Shown: one piece after another, positions 10,761-28,200 of the stretch
How positions within the stretch are numbered: position 1 is the stretch's first letter
How the letters are laid out: each line of letters begins with the position of its first letter
Notes under the pieces: generated by a model
Databases searched by the model: none
What the model was told of the DNA's origin: nothing
The model's input: the letters and a program-made list of their open reading frames with translations, nothing else
Program-made: the position numbers and the translations under genes
NCBI RefSeq assembly: GCF_009914755.1
Contig: NC_060933.1
Origin: the human T2T-CHM13v2.0 reference genome, Homo sapiens
Strand: one strand, 5' to 3'
Length of the DNA stretch: 64,000 nucleotides

Positions 10761-13700
10761 CGGGCCTGCCTGGATGGAAGGGGAGTGGCCCGTTCAGCCC
10801 ACCCTGCTCTGGTCCTTCCAGGGGAGCTCTATGTGGGAGGGGCACGTTGTGGGATCTTCAGAGGAGTTGGGGAGCTGGGCAGGGACCTCTTCTCCTCTCC
10901 CCACTTCAGCAAACCCATGTCATGAGGCATAGGGGTGCAGGGGGCAGCTCTCCTGCTCAGCCTGACAGGGCGGCCCAGGTCATTCTCTGAGCGTGGCGGG
11001 CCTGGAGGGGGTGTGAAGGAAAGGGTCAGGAGACCCCAGCCGGCCTGTGAGGAGGCTGAGGCTCAGGAGAGGCAGCCCTGCCTCTGTAGCTGCGGGCAGG
11101 GGAGGCGGCCCCAGGCGCGCACCTGCCAGCCCACGCGGGGCCTCTCCTGTTGGATGGGCAAAATGTGGCGACTGGACACAGACCCTACCTTGTCACCCTG
11201 AGGAGCTCCCCAGGACTCCCTCCCTTGAACCTGGCCATGGCCGGTCCCTCCTGCGTGCACCCCTGGCACCCCGAGGACAGCCTGCCCATCCCATCCATCC
11301 AGGCTGAGTGGAGCCAGGCCCCGGGGCCACCTGAGGAGGGCAGTGGGTCTCGGCATGCTGCGTGGCCCTCTGGTCCTCAGGCACTACCTCACGAACCTGT
11401 GGTCCCCAGGCCGGTGGGTCCAGGTCCTCCATCCCCAGGGGCCATCTGGTGGGAACCCAGGCTGGGCTCTGGCTGAGACCCACAGCTTTTCTGGAAGGCT
11501 GCTAGGAAAGGGGGGATGAGGGGGCAGTGGGGCCTTCTGGAGGGTCTCCAGCCCAGAATGCTGTGGAGAGGTGGTGTGGGTGGCCTCCTGGGGGAACCAC
11601 CTGGACCCCTGGCTGACCACCCTCCTGTCAGCCCTGGGGGCTGCACTAAGCCCCCTCAGGTGCCATCACTCCCTCTTTGTCCCCAGCCTGGGTGTCGTGC
11701 TAGGCCCACCCGCTGCTGAAACTTGCCCTGCAGTTCCATGCCCTGGCTGGAGGGCCCGTCTTCCTCCAGAGCTCTGGGGCTGGGCCCCTACCGCCACCTT
11801 AGGAGCAGGGAGGAGGTCCTTCTGTACCCTCTGTGCCTGTGTGACATGGGGGTGCCAAGCGTGGGAATGGGGTCTGGGCTGAGACGGACAGAGCCTGGGA
11901 GGGGTGGGGTCTGTGGCCGCTGCACCTCTTCCTGTCTGTCCCTCTGTCTATCAACTGAGCACAGAGAATGTAAGGGTCTCCAGGCCCACGGCAGGAATGG
12001 GCGGCACTGGGGCCCCCAGGCTGGATCTTGGGTCTGGGCTCTGAAGCCCCTGTCCACGGCAGGCTCCAGGTGCTGAGTGTGAACGCTGGGGGCAGCTGTC
12101 CTGGAGCCCACTCTGTCCCCTCCTCGAGAACCCCCTCTTGGACCCCTGTCTGCTGGGCTGGGGTCCACCACCCTCCCCAGGGTCCCTGCCCAGCCCCACA
12201 GGGCTTCCCAGGCGCCCATGAGCTGGGCCCCGGCTGCCGGCACCCCCCCTCGTCCCCCCCATAATGGCCAGCTCTGCCCGGGAGCCCTCGGAGGCAGGGT
12301 CACCACAGCCTCCTGGGATGCCCACTTCCAAGGGGCTGACGCCACTGTTTCAGGACGTGTCCCCGTGGGGGCTGCAGCCCGCTCCTCAACCATGCTGGGG
12401 GGGTGGGGACTGGGACGGTAAAAATAGACGGTATGCCTGGCCATGTCAGGGGTTCATGGTAAGGGTTTTTTTTTAAGCTTGAGCTTCTTTGATAAAATAT
12501 TTTCCCATGGTAGACGGCACTGGGAACGTTCCCCACCCCCACCCTGCCCCAGAGGGCACGGCCCTGCCCTCTACTTGAGACCCACAGCCACTGTGGCTTC
12601 TGTGGGTGGGCCGGTGGGCCATCCTCGCTCGAGGGGAGACCCTCCCTGCCTGGCTCAGGGGCACACGTGGGCAGATGCTACCAGAAAGCCGGCACCAGCA
12701 ACCCCAGCGCCCAGGAGTCCCACCGCCTGGGGTCTCTGCTGAGTGGTGGGGCCGGCGGTGGCCACAGACCCCTGGCCAGGCCCCTGGCCCAGCTTTGGGC
12801 TCAGCCATGAGCGCTGTTGCTCACTCCCTGCTGTGTGCCCACCGTACCACCCAGAGAGCACCCCAGCCTCGCTCTGGGAACCCTGCACGTTGAGCGGGCT
12901 TTCCCTCCGGGAACGGCACCAAAATAGCAGAAGGAAGAAGAAAATGGAAAGTCAGCCCGGCGGCAGGCGCTCTCCAGGGAGGTGGTCAGCTCTGGCCGGA
13001 GCTAGGGGACAGCGGAGGCTGTGAGCCTCAGATCCTGTGACCAAGCCCAGAGCCAGGCCCCGTGGGCAGCTCCAGGGCGGAGGGCCGATCTCTCCTGCTG
13101 CGTCAGCCTGAGCGTGCTGCTCTCTGCTGGCTAGTGATGGCCAGCAGCCCTCTGGTGTCCAGATGGGTCATAGCCAGCCGAGCCCTGCACTGTGGCTGCG
13201 GTGGCAGGCCCGGGGTCTGCAGCTGCGTGGAGCTGGGCCTGCGTGGTCCCGGGGCCCGGCCTCCATTGTTTTGCCCGTGCCTACCTCTTTGGCCCTGAGG
13301 ATGGGCCTCTCTTCACCTCTGGGGTAGGGATGGGGCAGCCAGTGTGTGGGGTGGCCGATCAGTGGTGTTCCCAGCTGCCTGCTCAGGCCAAGCTCCCAGG
13401 GTTCAGCTGGGAGCACTGAGGCTGCAGTGCTGCTGGAGTGGGTGGTGGGAACGTGGCCTGAGCCTGCCCAGCCCTAGGAAGAACTTTCTAGAGCACATGG
13501 TCATCACGGATGTGTGGCTTGGGGCCCTGGCCCTCCAGGCCCTGAGCACCTCTCGGGACTCCAGAGCCAAGGAGGCGGGTGCGCACGTGGGACCCTGGGC
13601 TGTGGGCATTGGGCCACCACCCGGCTGAGGCACTTGTGCAAAGCAAGCTCCATTCTCCCACCTGGTGACCTGGAAGGCTGGCTTCAAATGTAGACATCTC

Positions 13701-15321
13701 AGCTTCTCATAGACCCCTTTCTTGCTCTCCTGGCCCCATCGCACTGGCCCTGAGGGACCCTTGTGCACATGGGGGGCCCTCTCCCAACAGCTCTCTGTCA
13801 CCTGCCCAAGGGCATCCTGCTAGGGCCCAGCAGGGTCCCCAGCCCCAACAAGGGCCTCCCTCCCACCTGGGCTCCGACCTGAGGCCGCATGTGGCGCATA
13901 CACGTGGGGCTCTGCATGGACCAGCACCCGCTCCTGCCAGCCCTGCACCAGGGGGTTCAGGTTCTGGTGTGGCTGCCAGCATGTGCTCTGCTCCCAGGCC
14001 GGGGCGGGCAGGGGGAACGCTTGGTTCTGTCCTCACCGCACACCACCCAGCATCTGCGGGATGTGCACACAGAGACGCATATGTCTGCAAGGCCCCTGGC
14101 CGGGCAGTCCGTGGGGCCAAGGCAGCCCCCCCGCCCCTTCCCCACGTCCTGCCCCCAGACAGAGGGGCTGGCACAGGTGGCAGGTCGCTGCCTGGGGCTG
14201 CAGCCAGGGCCCAGGGTACCCTCCAGGCCAAATTCCCCGCCGGCTGTTTGCAGTCTTTCAGATCCAGATGCTCCTTCCCTCACTGCCTTGGTCCTGGACA
14301 GCTGGCGCTGCCCTCTCCAGCCTGGACAGTTGCTGGCCCCCCACGGGGGTGCAGCTCTGGCCTTAGCCCCTCCCAGGCCTGCTCTACCTGCAGCCCCCCT
14401 GGGCCTGGCGCTCCTGCTTGCCACAGCAGGGGCAGCTTGGGGGTTGCAGGGTGTGGGTGGCAGAGTGGCATCAGCAGCTTGGAGCTGCCAGTAGCCAGCA
14501 AAGAGGCAGGGCGGACATGGGTCAGGGCGGCCCCCACTGCTCAGCCCCCGACGCCCCCATCCCATCCACTCAGCCAGGCCAAAGTCTGCCCTTCTGCCTC
14601 ACACCCTGGACACCCTTCTCCATGCAGGGCTTGGCGGCCCCTCCATGCCTGGCCTGGGTCCTCAGGGGCACTCCCCAGCACCCGGCTGGCCAGGGCTCCA
14701 GCAGGGGTTTCCTCCCAGCTACCCAACTTCCTGTTTTCTCAAGAAAATGCAGCAGCCGATTCTGAACAGCTCATTAACATGCCTCCCCAGGCGTCCCGGA
14801 CATCCTGGGGTCTTTACAGCGCTTGCTGGCCTGAGCACAGACAAAGAGAGGCAGCGGACGCGGTTCCTGCCGCCCCTGGAGGCCAAGGCTGCAGGAGAGG
14901 CCCCTGGAGCACACTTCCTTGCCACCTGAGGCAGAGGCCGCGGTCCCCGCAGGGCAGTGGGGTCAGAGGGTCAGACTGCACCCCCAGGCCAGGGGCAGTG
15001 GGAGGTCCAGGGGCCTGTGTGTACAGGTGCCTGGCCGGCTGCAGATCCGAGCCGAGCCGGAGCTTTCCCTCTTTCCTTCCTGCTTCAATCCCCGCCAGGC
15101 CCAGCCTGAGGCTGTGGGGGCAGAAGGGCGGTAGCAGAAGGCGCAGGCCTGCATCTGTTTCTGCTCAGCCAGGTGGGTGCCCTTGAGGACCATGGGGTGG
15201 AGCTGAGCTCAGGGCCCCTCCCTGCCCAGCCCAGGCACCAGCAGGGACCCTGACAGTGGCCTCCATGAGGGGATCTCCCTCCATGAGGGGGTCCCAAAAC
15301 TTCCCCCAGAATTGGGCTTGG

Positions 15322-15620
15322 GAGGCTGGGATTACTCACGCCTGTCATCCCAGCACTTTGGGAGGCTGAGGCAGGAAGATCACCTGAGGTCAGGAGTTCA
15401 AGACCAGCCTGACCAACATGGTGAAACCCTGTCTCTACTAAAAATACAAAAATTAGCCGCCCGTGGTGGTGGGCACCTGTAATCCCAGCTACTCAGGAGC
15501 CTGAGGTGGGAGAATTGCTTGAACCTGGGAGGCGGAGGCTGCAGTGAGCTGAGATTACATCACTACACTCCAGCCTGGGCGATGGAGTGAGACTCCGTCC
15601 CACCCCCAAAAAACCCCAGG
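15322..15620 (+). mobile_element. Alu (AluS-like)
   Basis: ctcacgcctgtcatcccagcactttgggagg...gactccgtc. Confidence 0.9.
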
Positions 15621-16231
15621 AAACAAAACTGGGCTTGTTGGAGCAGCCCCGACCTGCTGCTCCAGGCGGAATATTGATGTGGCCCTAACTGCGGAACGTT
15701 CTGGAAGCAGCCCGTACCCTCCACCGGGAACTGCCGAGAGCCAGCACAGCCCACAGTCCCCCTTGCTCCCGTGTCGCCCACGGAGACCCTGGCGCCTTGA
15801 GTGGAGGCGCAAAAGGCAGCATCAACTCCCCCCAGACTGGCCATGCCCAGGTGCCAGTTGGTGTGGGGCATAGCAAGCTTGGACAGTGCAGCCCTGGGCA
15901 GGTGCCTCAGCCCAGTCCCCCACTGGGGACAGGAGAGGAGGGAGAGAGGTGAGTTGGGCTTTGGTGCCCCCACCAGCCTCCTCTATGGATCTCCACCGAG
16001 GTGCGGCAGTTCCCACTCAGGGCTTCTGTTGCCCAGACCTTGTTAGACGTCACCAAGCAGACGCAGGCTGTCCTGCGTGTTGCCTTTGGAAAGTGGGACC
16101 CACCCAGCCTGAAGGGACTTCCACAATTTCCCTCGATTCCTTCTAGAAGCCCCATGGGAGCCAGAGGGAATTCCCCAAATCCAAGCCAATGCCTGATTGG
16201 AGCTGTCCCCGTGGCCATGCCAGCCTGCACT

Positions 16232-18225
16232 AGGGATGCTCTGCCGACGCCTCACCCTGGACCAGGGATTCTCTGCCGACACCTCACCCCGGACCCACAA
16301 GGGATTCTCTGCCAACATCTCACCCCAGACCCACGAGGGATGCTCTGCCGACACCTCACCCCGGACCCACGAGGGATGCTCTGCCGACACCTCACCCCGG
16401 ACCACGAGGGATGCTCTGCCGACACCTCACCCCGGACCACGAGGGATGCTCTGCCGACACCTCAACCCGGACCACGAGGGATGCTCTGCCGACACCTCAC
16501 CCCGGACCACGAGGGATGCTCTGCCGACACCTCACCCCGGACCACGAGGGATGCTCTGCCGACACCTCACCCCGGACCCCCGAGGGATTTTCTGCCGACA
16601 CCCCACCCCGGACCCCCAAGAGATTCTCTGCCGACACCCCACCCCAGACCCACGAGGGATGCTCTGCCGACACCTCACCCCGGACCAGGGATGCTCTGCC
16701 AATACCTCACCCCAGACCCACGAGGGATGCTCTGTCGACGCCTTGCCCCGGAACCATGAGGGATGCTCTGCCGACACCCCACCCCAGACCCCGAGGAATT
16801 CTTTGCCGACACCTCACCCCAGACCCACGAGGGATTCTCTGCCGACGCCTCACCCTGGACCAGGGATGCTCTGCCGACGCCTCACCCCGGACCCACGAGG
16901 GATGCTCTGCCGACACCTCACCCCGGACCCACGAGGGATGCTCTGCCGACACCTCACCCCGGACCCACGAGGGATGCTCTGCCGACACCTCACCCCGGAC
17001 CCACGAGGGATGCTCTGCCGACACCCCACCCCGGACCCACGAGGGATGCTCTGCCGACACCCCACCGCGGACCCCCGAGGGATTCTCTGCCGACACCCCA
17101 CCCCGGACCCCCGAGGGATGCTCTGCCGACACCCCACCCCGGACCCACGAGGGATGCTCTGCCGACACCCCACCCCGGACCCACGAGGGATGCTCTGCCG
17201 ACACCCCACCCCGGACCCACGAGGGATGCTCTGCCGACACCCCACCCCGGACCCACGAGGGATGCTCTGCCGACACCCCACCCCGGACCCACGAGGGGTG
17301 CTCTGCCGACACCCCACCCCGGACCCACGAGGGGTGATCTGCCGACACCCCACCCCGGACCCACGAGGGGTGATCTGCCGACACCCCACCCCGGACCCAC
17401 GAGGGGTGATCTGCCGACACCCCACCCCGGACCCACGAGGGGTGATCTGCCGACACCCCACCCCGGACCCACGAGGGGTGATCTGCCGACACCCCACCCC
17501 GGACCCACGAGGGGTGATCTGCCGACACCCCACCCCGGACCCACGAGGGGTGATCTGCCGACACCCCACCCCGGACCCACGAGGGGTGATCTGCCGACAC
17601 CCCACCCCGGACCCACGAGGGGTGATCTGCCGACACCCCACCCCGGACCCACGAGGGGTGATCTGCCGACACCCCACCCCGGACCCACGAGGGGTGCTCT
17701 GCCGACACCCCACCCCGGACCCACGAGGGGTGATCTGCCGACACCCCACCCCGGACCCACGAGGGGTGATCTGCCGACACCCCACCCCGGGCCCACGAGG
17801 GGTGCTCTGCCGACACCCCACCCCGGACCCACGAGGGGTGATCTGCCGACACCCCACCCCGGACCCACGAGGGGTGATCTGCCGACACCCCACCCCGGAC
17901 CCACGAGGGATGCTCTGCCGACACCCCACCCCGGACCCACGAGGGGTGATCTGCCGACACCCCACCCCGGACCCACGAGGGATGCTCTGCCGACACCCCA
18001 CCCCGGACCCACGAGGGATGATCTGCCGACACCCCACCCCGGACCCACGAGGGATGATCTGCCGACACCTCACCCCGGACCCACGAGGGATGATCTGCCG
18101 ACACCTCACCCCGGACCCACGAGGGATGCTCTGCCGACACCTCACCCCGGACCACGAGGGATGCTTTGCCGACACCTCACCCTGGACCACGAGGGATGCT
18201 CTGCCGACACCCCACCCCAGACCCA
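16232..18225. repeat. 36-bp CpG-rich VNTR, ~55 units (GAGGGATGCTCTGCCGACACCCCACCCCGGACCCAC)
   Basis: 12-aa periodicity in the overlapping ORFs; 35-bp variants at the edges; GGGGTGATCT variant in the core. Confidence 0.97.
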
Positions 18226-18317
18226 CCACTGTCTAGGGTGGGGCCCACCTCCCTGGACACCCCCGTAGCTCCAGATCTTGTGCCAGCCCCAGGTAGGACG
18301 GGGTGCGCAGGACCCAC

Positions 18318-18449
18318 CTGGCAGCGGCTGAAGATGTCTGCGTGGGTGACACGCACGTTGAAATGCTTGAGCACAGCCTTGGCCTGCTGCTGGGCCTTCA
18401 GGGAGCAGTCGACCGAGAGGCAGCGCCCAGCCCCGACCTGGGCCCGGAG
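18318..18449 (-). CDS. EXD3: EXD3 exon (LRAQVGAGRC...THADIFSRCQ), Mut7-C
   Basis: tttgcag|CTC...CAG|gtggg; 132 nt, phase 0-0. Confidence 0.93.
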
Positions 18450-18682
18450 CTGCAAAGACACGGCTCGGCTACTGAGGGGCAGTGCAGAGCCCAGCACCTG
18501 CCCAGGCCCAGCCCGCCTCCGCCAGCATGGGGCAGGAGCCTTCTCTCGGCCCACCAGGGGTACGGCAGAGGCGCTGGGGGTCGGCCCCACGGCAAGCTGA
18601 CCCTGAGGTGGGGGTGGCCGAGGGGCTGGGGGCTTGGGAAGATGGGGCTCAGGCCCACTGAGCTTATCTTTGGGACACTCAC

Positions 18683-18736
18683 CTTGTGGAATGGCTGCCC
18701 CGACGTCAGAATGATCCTCCCCTCCTGCCTGGCAAC
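18683..18736 (-). CDS. EXD3: EXD3 exon (VARQEGRIILTSGQPFHK), Mut7-C
   Basis: cacag|GTT...AAG|gtgagt; 54 nt. Carries the Mut7-C AxxExRxxLT motif. Confidence 0.93.
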
Positions 18737-18949
18737 CTGTGTGGGAGGTGCGACCAGCACATAAAGGGGGCAGCTCCGTGCTCCTGGACTGGGCCACCTC
18801 TGCTCGCCACCCCCTAGCTCCCCGGATCGTGGCCCTGCCCCAGGCCCCTTTTGTCCTCCAGGGTGGCCTCTGCCTGGGGTCTTGGGTGGTGAGGAGCCCT
18901 CTGCCGGGTCCTGGGTGTCGCCTCATTGTATAGATTTAATCTTGGCACC

Positions 18950-22185
<3,236 letters not shown>

Positions 22186-22217
22186 AGGGAAACAGAAAGT
22201 AGTTACTTCGTGGTAAT

Positions 22218-25200
22218 AACAAATATACACCCATATGATGAGTAAAACAACTAATATACTCCCATATGCTGAGTAAAACAACTAATATACTCCTATATGA
22301 TGAGTAAAAACAACTAATATACACCCATATGATGAGTAAAACAACTAATATACTCCCATATGATGAGTAAAAACAACGAATAAACACCCACATGATGAGT
22401 AAAAACAACTAACATACTCCCATATGATGAGTAAAAACAACTAATATACACCCATATGATGAGTAAAAACAACGAATAAACACCGACATGATGAGTAAAA
22501 ACAACTAATATACACCAATATGATGAGTAAAACAATTAATATACTCCCATATGATGAGTAAAAACAACAAATATACACCCACATGATGAGTAAAAACAAC
22601 AAATAAACACCCACATGATGAGTAAAAACAACGAACAAACACCCACGTGATGAGTAAAAACAACTAATATACACCCATATCATGAGTAAAAACAACTAAT
22701 ATACTCCCATATGATGAGTAAAAACAACTAATATACACCCACATGATGAGTAAAAACAACGAATAAACACCCACATGATGAGTAAAAACAATGAATATAC
22801 ACCCACATGAGTAAAAACAACTAATATACTCCCATATGACGAGTAAAAACAACGAATATACACCCACATGATGAGTAAAAACAACAAACACCCACATGAT
22901 GAGTAAAAACAACTAATATACTCCCACATGATGAGTAAAAACAACTAATATACTCCCATATGATGAGTAAAAACAACTAATATACACCCACATGATGAGT
23001 AAAACAACTAATATACTCCCATATAATGAGTAAAACAACTAATATACTCCCATATGATGAGTAAAAACAATGAATATACACCCACATGATGAGTAAAAAC
23101 AACTAATATACTCCCATATGATGAGTAAAAACAACAAGTACACACCCACATGATGAGTAAAAACAACTAATATACTCCCATATGAGGAGTAAAAACAACA
23201 AGTACACACCCACATGATGAGTAAAAACAACTAATATACACCAATATGATGAGTAAAAACAACTAATATACTCCCATATGATGAGTAAAAACAACGAATA
23301 AACACCCACATGATGAGTAAAAACAACTAATATACACCCATATGATGAGTAAAAACAACTAATATACTCCAATATGATGAGTAAAAACAACTAATATACA
23401 CCCACATGATGAGTAAAAACAACTAATATACACCCATATGATGAGTAAAACAACTAATATACTCCCATATGATGAGTAAAAACAACTAATATATACCCAC
23501 ATGATGAGTAAAACAACTAATATACTCCCATATGATGAGTAAAACAACTAATATACTCCCATAAGATGAGTAAAAACAACAAATATACACCAACATGATG
23601 AGTAAAAAAAACGAATATACACCCACATGATGAGTGAAAACAAAAAATATACACCCCCATGATGAGTAAAAACAACTAATATACACCCATATGATGAGTA
23701 AAAACAATGAATATACAGACACATGGTGAGTAAAACAACTAATATACACCCATATGATGAGTAAAAACAACTAATAAACACCCACATGATGAGTAAAAAC
23801 AACGAATAAACAACCACATGATGAGTAAAAACAACTAATAAACACCCATATGATGAGTAAAAACAACGAATAAACACCCATATGATGAGTAAAACAACTA
23901 ATATACTCCCATATGATGAGTAAAAACATCGAATAAACACCCATATGATGAGTAAAACAACTAATATACTCCCATATGATGAGTAAAACAATTAATATAC
24001 TCCCATATGATGAGTAAAAACAACAAATATACACCCACATGATGAGTAAAAACAACTAATATACACCTACATGATGAGTAAAAACAATGAACAAACACCC
24101 ACATGATGAGTAAAAACAACTAATATAAACCCACATCATGAGTAAAAACAACTAATATACTCCCATATGATGAGTAAAAACAACTAATATACACCCACAT
24201 GATGAGTAAAAACAACGAATAAACACCCACATGATGAGTAAAAACAACGAATATACACCCACATGATGAGTAAAAACAACAAATAAACACCCACATGATG
24301 AGTAAAAACAACTAATATACTCCCACATGATGAGTAAAAACAACTAATATACTCCCATATGATGAGTAAAAACAACGAATATACACCCACATGATGAGTA
24401 AAAACAACTAATATACTCCCATATGATGAGTAAAAACAACGAATATACACCCACATGATGAGTAAAAACAACGAATAAACACCCACACGATGAGTAAAAA
24501 CAACTAATATACTCCCATATGATGAGTAAAAACAACTAATATACTCCCATATGATGAGTAACACAACTAATATACTCCCATATGATGAGTAAAAACAACG
24601 AATATACACCCACATGATGAGTAAAAACAACAAATATACACCCATATGATGAGTAAAAACAACTAATATACTCCCTTATGATGAGTAAAAACAACGAATA
24701 TACACCCACATGATGAGTAAAACAACTAATATACTCCCATATGATGAGTAAAAACAACGAATAAACACCCACATGATGAGTAAAACAACTAATATACTCC
24801 CATATAATGAGTAAAACAACTAATATACTCCCATATGATGAGTAAAAACAACAAATACACACCCACATGATGAGTAAAAACAACTAATATACTCCCATAT
24901 GATGAGTAAAAACAACAAATACACACCCACATGACGAATAAAAACAACTAATATACACCCATATGATGAGTAAAAACAACGAATATACACCCATATGATG
25001 AGTAAAAACAACGAATAAACACCCACATGATGAGTAAAACAACTAATATACTCCCATATAATGAGTAAAACAACTAATATACTCCCATATGATGAGTAAA
25101 AACAACAAATACACACCCACATGATGAGTAAAAACAACTAATATACTCCCATGTGATGAGTAAAAACAACAAATACACACCCACATGACGAATAAAAACA

Positions 25201-28200
25201 ACTAATATACACCCATATGATGAGTAAAAACAACTAATATACTCCCATATGATGAGTAAAAACAACGAATAAACACCCACATGATGAGTAAAAACAACTA
25301 ATATACACCCATATGATGAGTAAAAACAACTAATATACTCCCATATGATGAGTAAAAACAACTAATATACACCCACATGATGAGTAAAAACAACGAATAA
25401 ACACCCATATGATGAGTAAAAACAACTAATATACACTCATATGATGAGTAAAAACAACTAATATACACTCATATGATGAGTAAAAACAACTAATATACAC
25501 TCATATGATGAGTAAAAACAACTAATATACTCCCACATGATGAGTAAAAACAAGTAATATACACCCATATGATGAGTAAAAACAACTAATATACACCCAC
25601 ATGATGAGTAAAAACAACGAATAAACACCCATATGATGAGTAAAAACAACTAATATACACCCATATGATGAGTAAAAACAACTAATATACTCCCACATGA
25701 TGAGTAAAAACAACTAATATACACCCATATGATGAGTAAAAACAACTAATATACACCCACATGATGAGTAAAAACAACGAATAAACACCCATATGATGAG
25801 TAAAAACAACTAATATACACTCATATGATGAGTAAAAACAACTAATATACACCCATATGATGAGTAAAAACAACTAATATACACTCATATGATGAGTAAA
25901 AACAACGAATAAACACCCATATGATGAGTAAAAACAACTAATATACACTCATATGATGAGTAAAAACAACTAATATACACCCATATGATGAGTAAAAACA
26001 AGTAATATACACCCACATGATGAGTAAAAACAACGAATAAACACCCATATGATGAGTAAAAACAACGAATAAACACCCATATGATGAGTAAAAACAACTA
26101 ATATACACTCATATGATGAGTAAAAACAACTAATATACACCCATATGATGAGTAAAAACAACTAATATACACCCACATGATGAGTAAAAACAACGAATAA
26201 ACACCCATATGATGAGTAAAAACAACTAATATACACTCATATGATGAGTAAAAACAACTAATATACACCCATATGATGAGTAAAAACAACTAATATACAC
26301 TCATATGATGAGTAAAAACAACGAATAAACACCCATATGATGAGTAAAAACAACTAATATACACTCATATGATGAGTAAAAACAACTAATATACACCCAT
26401 ATGATGAGTAAAAACAACTAATATACACTCATATGATGAGTAAAAACAACGAATAAACACCCATATGATGAGTAAAAACAACTAATATACACTCATATGA
26501 TGAGTAAAAACAACTAATATACACCCACATGATGAGTAAAAACAAGTAATATACACCCACATGATGAGTAAAAACAACGAATAAACACCCATATGATGAG
26601 TAAAAACAACGAATAAACACCCATATGATGAGTAAAAACAACTAATATACACTCATATGATGAGTAAAAACAACTAATATACACCCATATGATGAGTAAA
26701 AACAACTAATATACACCCACATGATGAGTAAAAACAACGAATAAACACCCATATGATGAGTAAAAACAACTAATATACACTCATATGATGAGTAAAAACA
26801 ACTAATATACACCCATATGATGAGTAAAAACAACTAATATACACTCATATGATGAGTAAAAACAACGAATAAACACCCATATGATGAGTAAAAACAACTA
26901 ATATACACTCATATGATGAGTAAAAACAACTAATATACACTCATATGATGAGTAAAAACAACTAATATACACTCATATGATGAGTAAAAACAACGAATAT
27001 ACACTCATATGATGAGTAAAAACAACGAATATACACTCATATGATGAGTAAAAACAACTAATATACACTCATATGATGAGTAAAAACAACTAATATACAC
27101 TCATATGATGAGTAAAAACAACTAATATACACTCATATGATGAGTAAAAACAACTAATATACACTCATATGATGAGTAAAAACAACTAATATACTCCCAT
27201 ATGATGAGTAAAAACAACTAATATACACCCATATGATGAGTAAAAACAACTAATATACACTCATATGATGAGTAAAAACAACGAATAAACACCCATATGA
27301 TGAGTAAAAACAACTAATATACACTCATATGATGAGTAAAAACAACGAATATAGACTCATATGATGAGTAAAAACAACTAATATACACTCATATGATGAG
27401 TAAAAACAACTAATATACACTCATATGATGAGTAAAAACAACTAATATACACCCACATGATGAGTAAAAACAACGAATAAACACCCATATGATGAGTAAA
27501 AACAACTAATATACACTCATATGATGAGTAAAAACAACTAATATACACTCATATGATGAGTAAAAACAACTAATATACACTCATATGATGAGTAAAAACA
27601 ACTAATATACTCCCATATGATGAGTAAAAACAACTAATATACACCCATATGATGAGTAAAAACAACTAATATACACTCATATGATGAGTAAAAACAACGA
27701 ATAAACACCCATATGATGAGTAAAAACAACTAATATACACTCATATGATGAGTAAAAACAACGAATATAGACTCATATGATGAGTAAAAACAACTAATAT
27801 ACACTCATATGATGAGTAAAAACAACTAATATACACTCATATGATGAGTAAAAACAACTAATATACACCCACATGATGAGTAAAAACAACGAATAAACAC
27901 CCATATGATGAGTAAAAACAACTAATATACACTCATATGATGAGTAAAAATAACTAATATACACCCATATGATGAGTAAAAACAACTAATATACACTCAT
28001 ATGATGAGTAAAAACAACGAATAAACACCCATATGATGAGTAAAAACAACTAATATACACTCATATGATGAGTAAAAACAACGAATAAACACCCATATGA
28101 TGAGTAAAAACAACGAATATACACTCATATGATGAGTAAAAACAACTAATATACACCCACATGATGAGTAAAAACAACTAATATACACTCATATGATGAG

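Noticed and set aside
16232-18225. CTCF array (CCACGAGGGGTGC)
   Set aside because: Mismatches in the conserved GGC core; not supportable without a PWM scan or ChIP.
16001-18268. 300-680-aa ORFs on both strands
   Set aside because: Produced by a stop-poor 36-bp unit whose length is a multiple of 3; no domain content.
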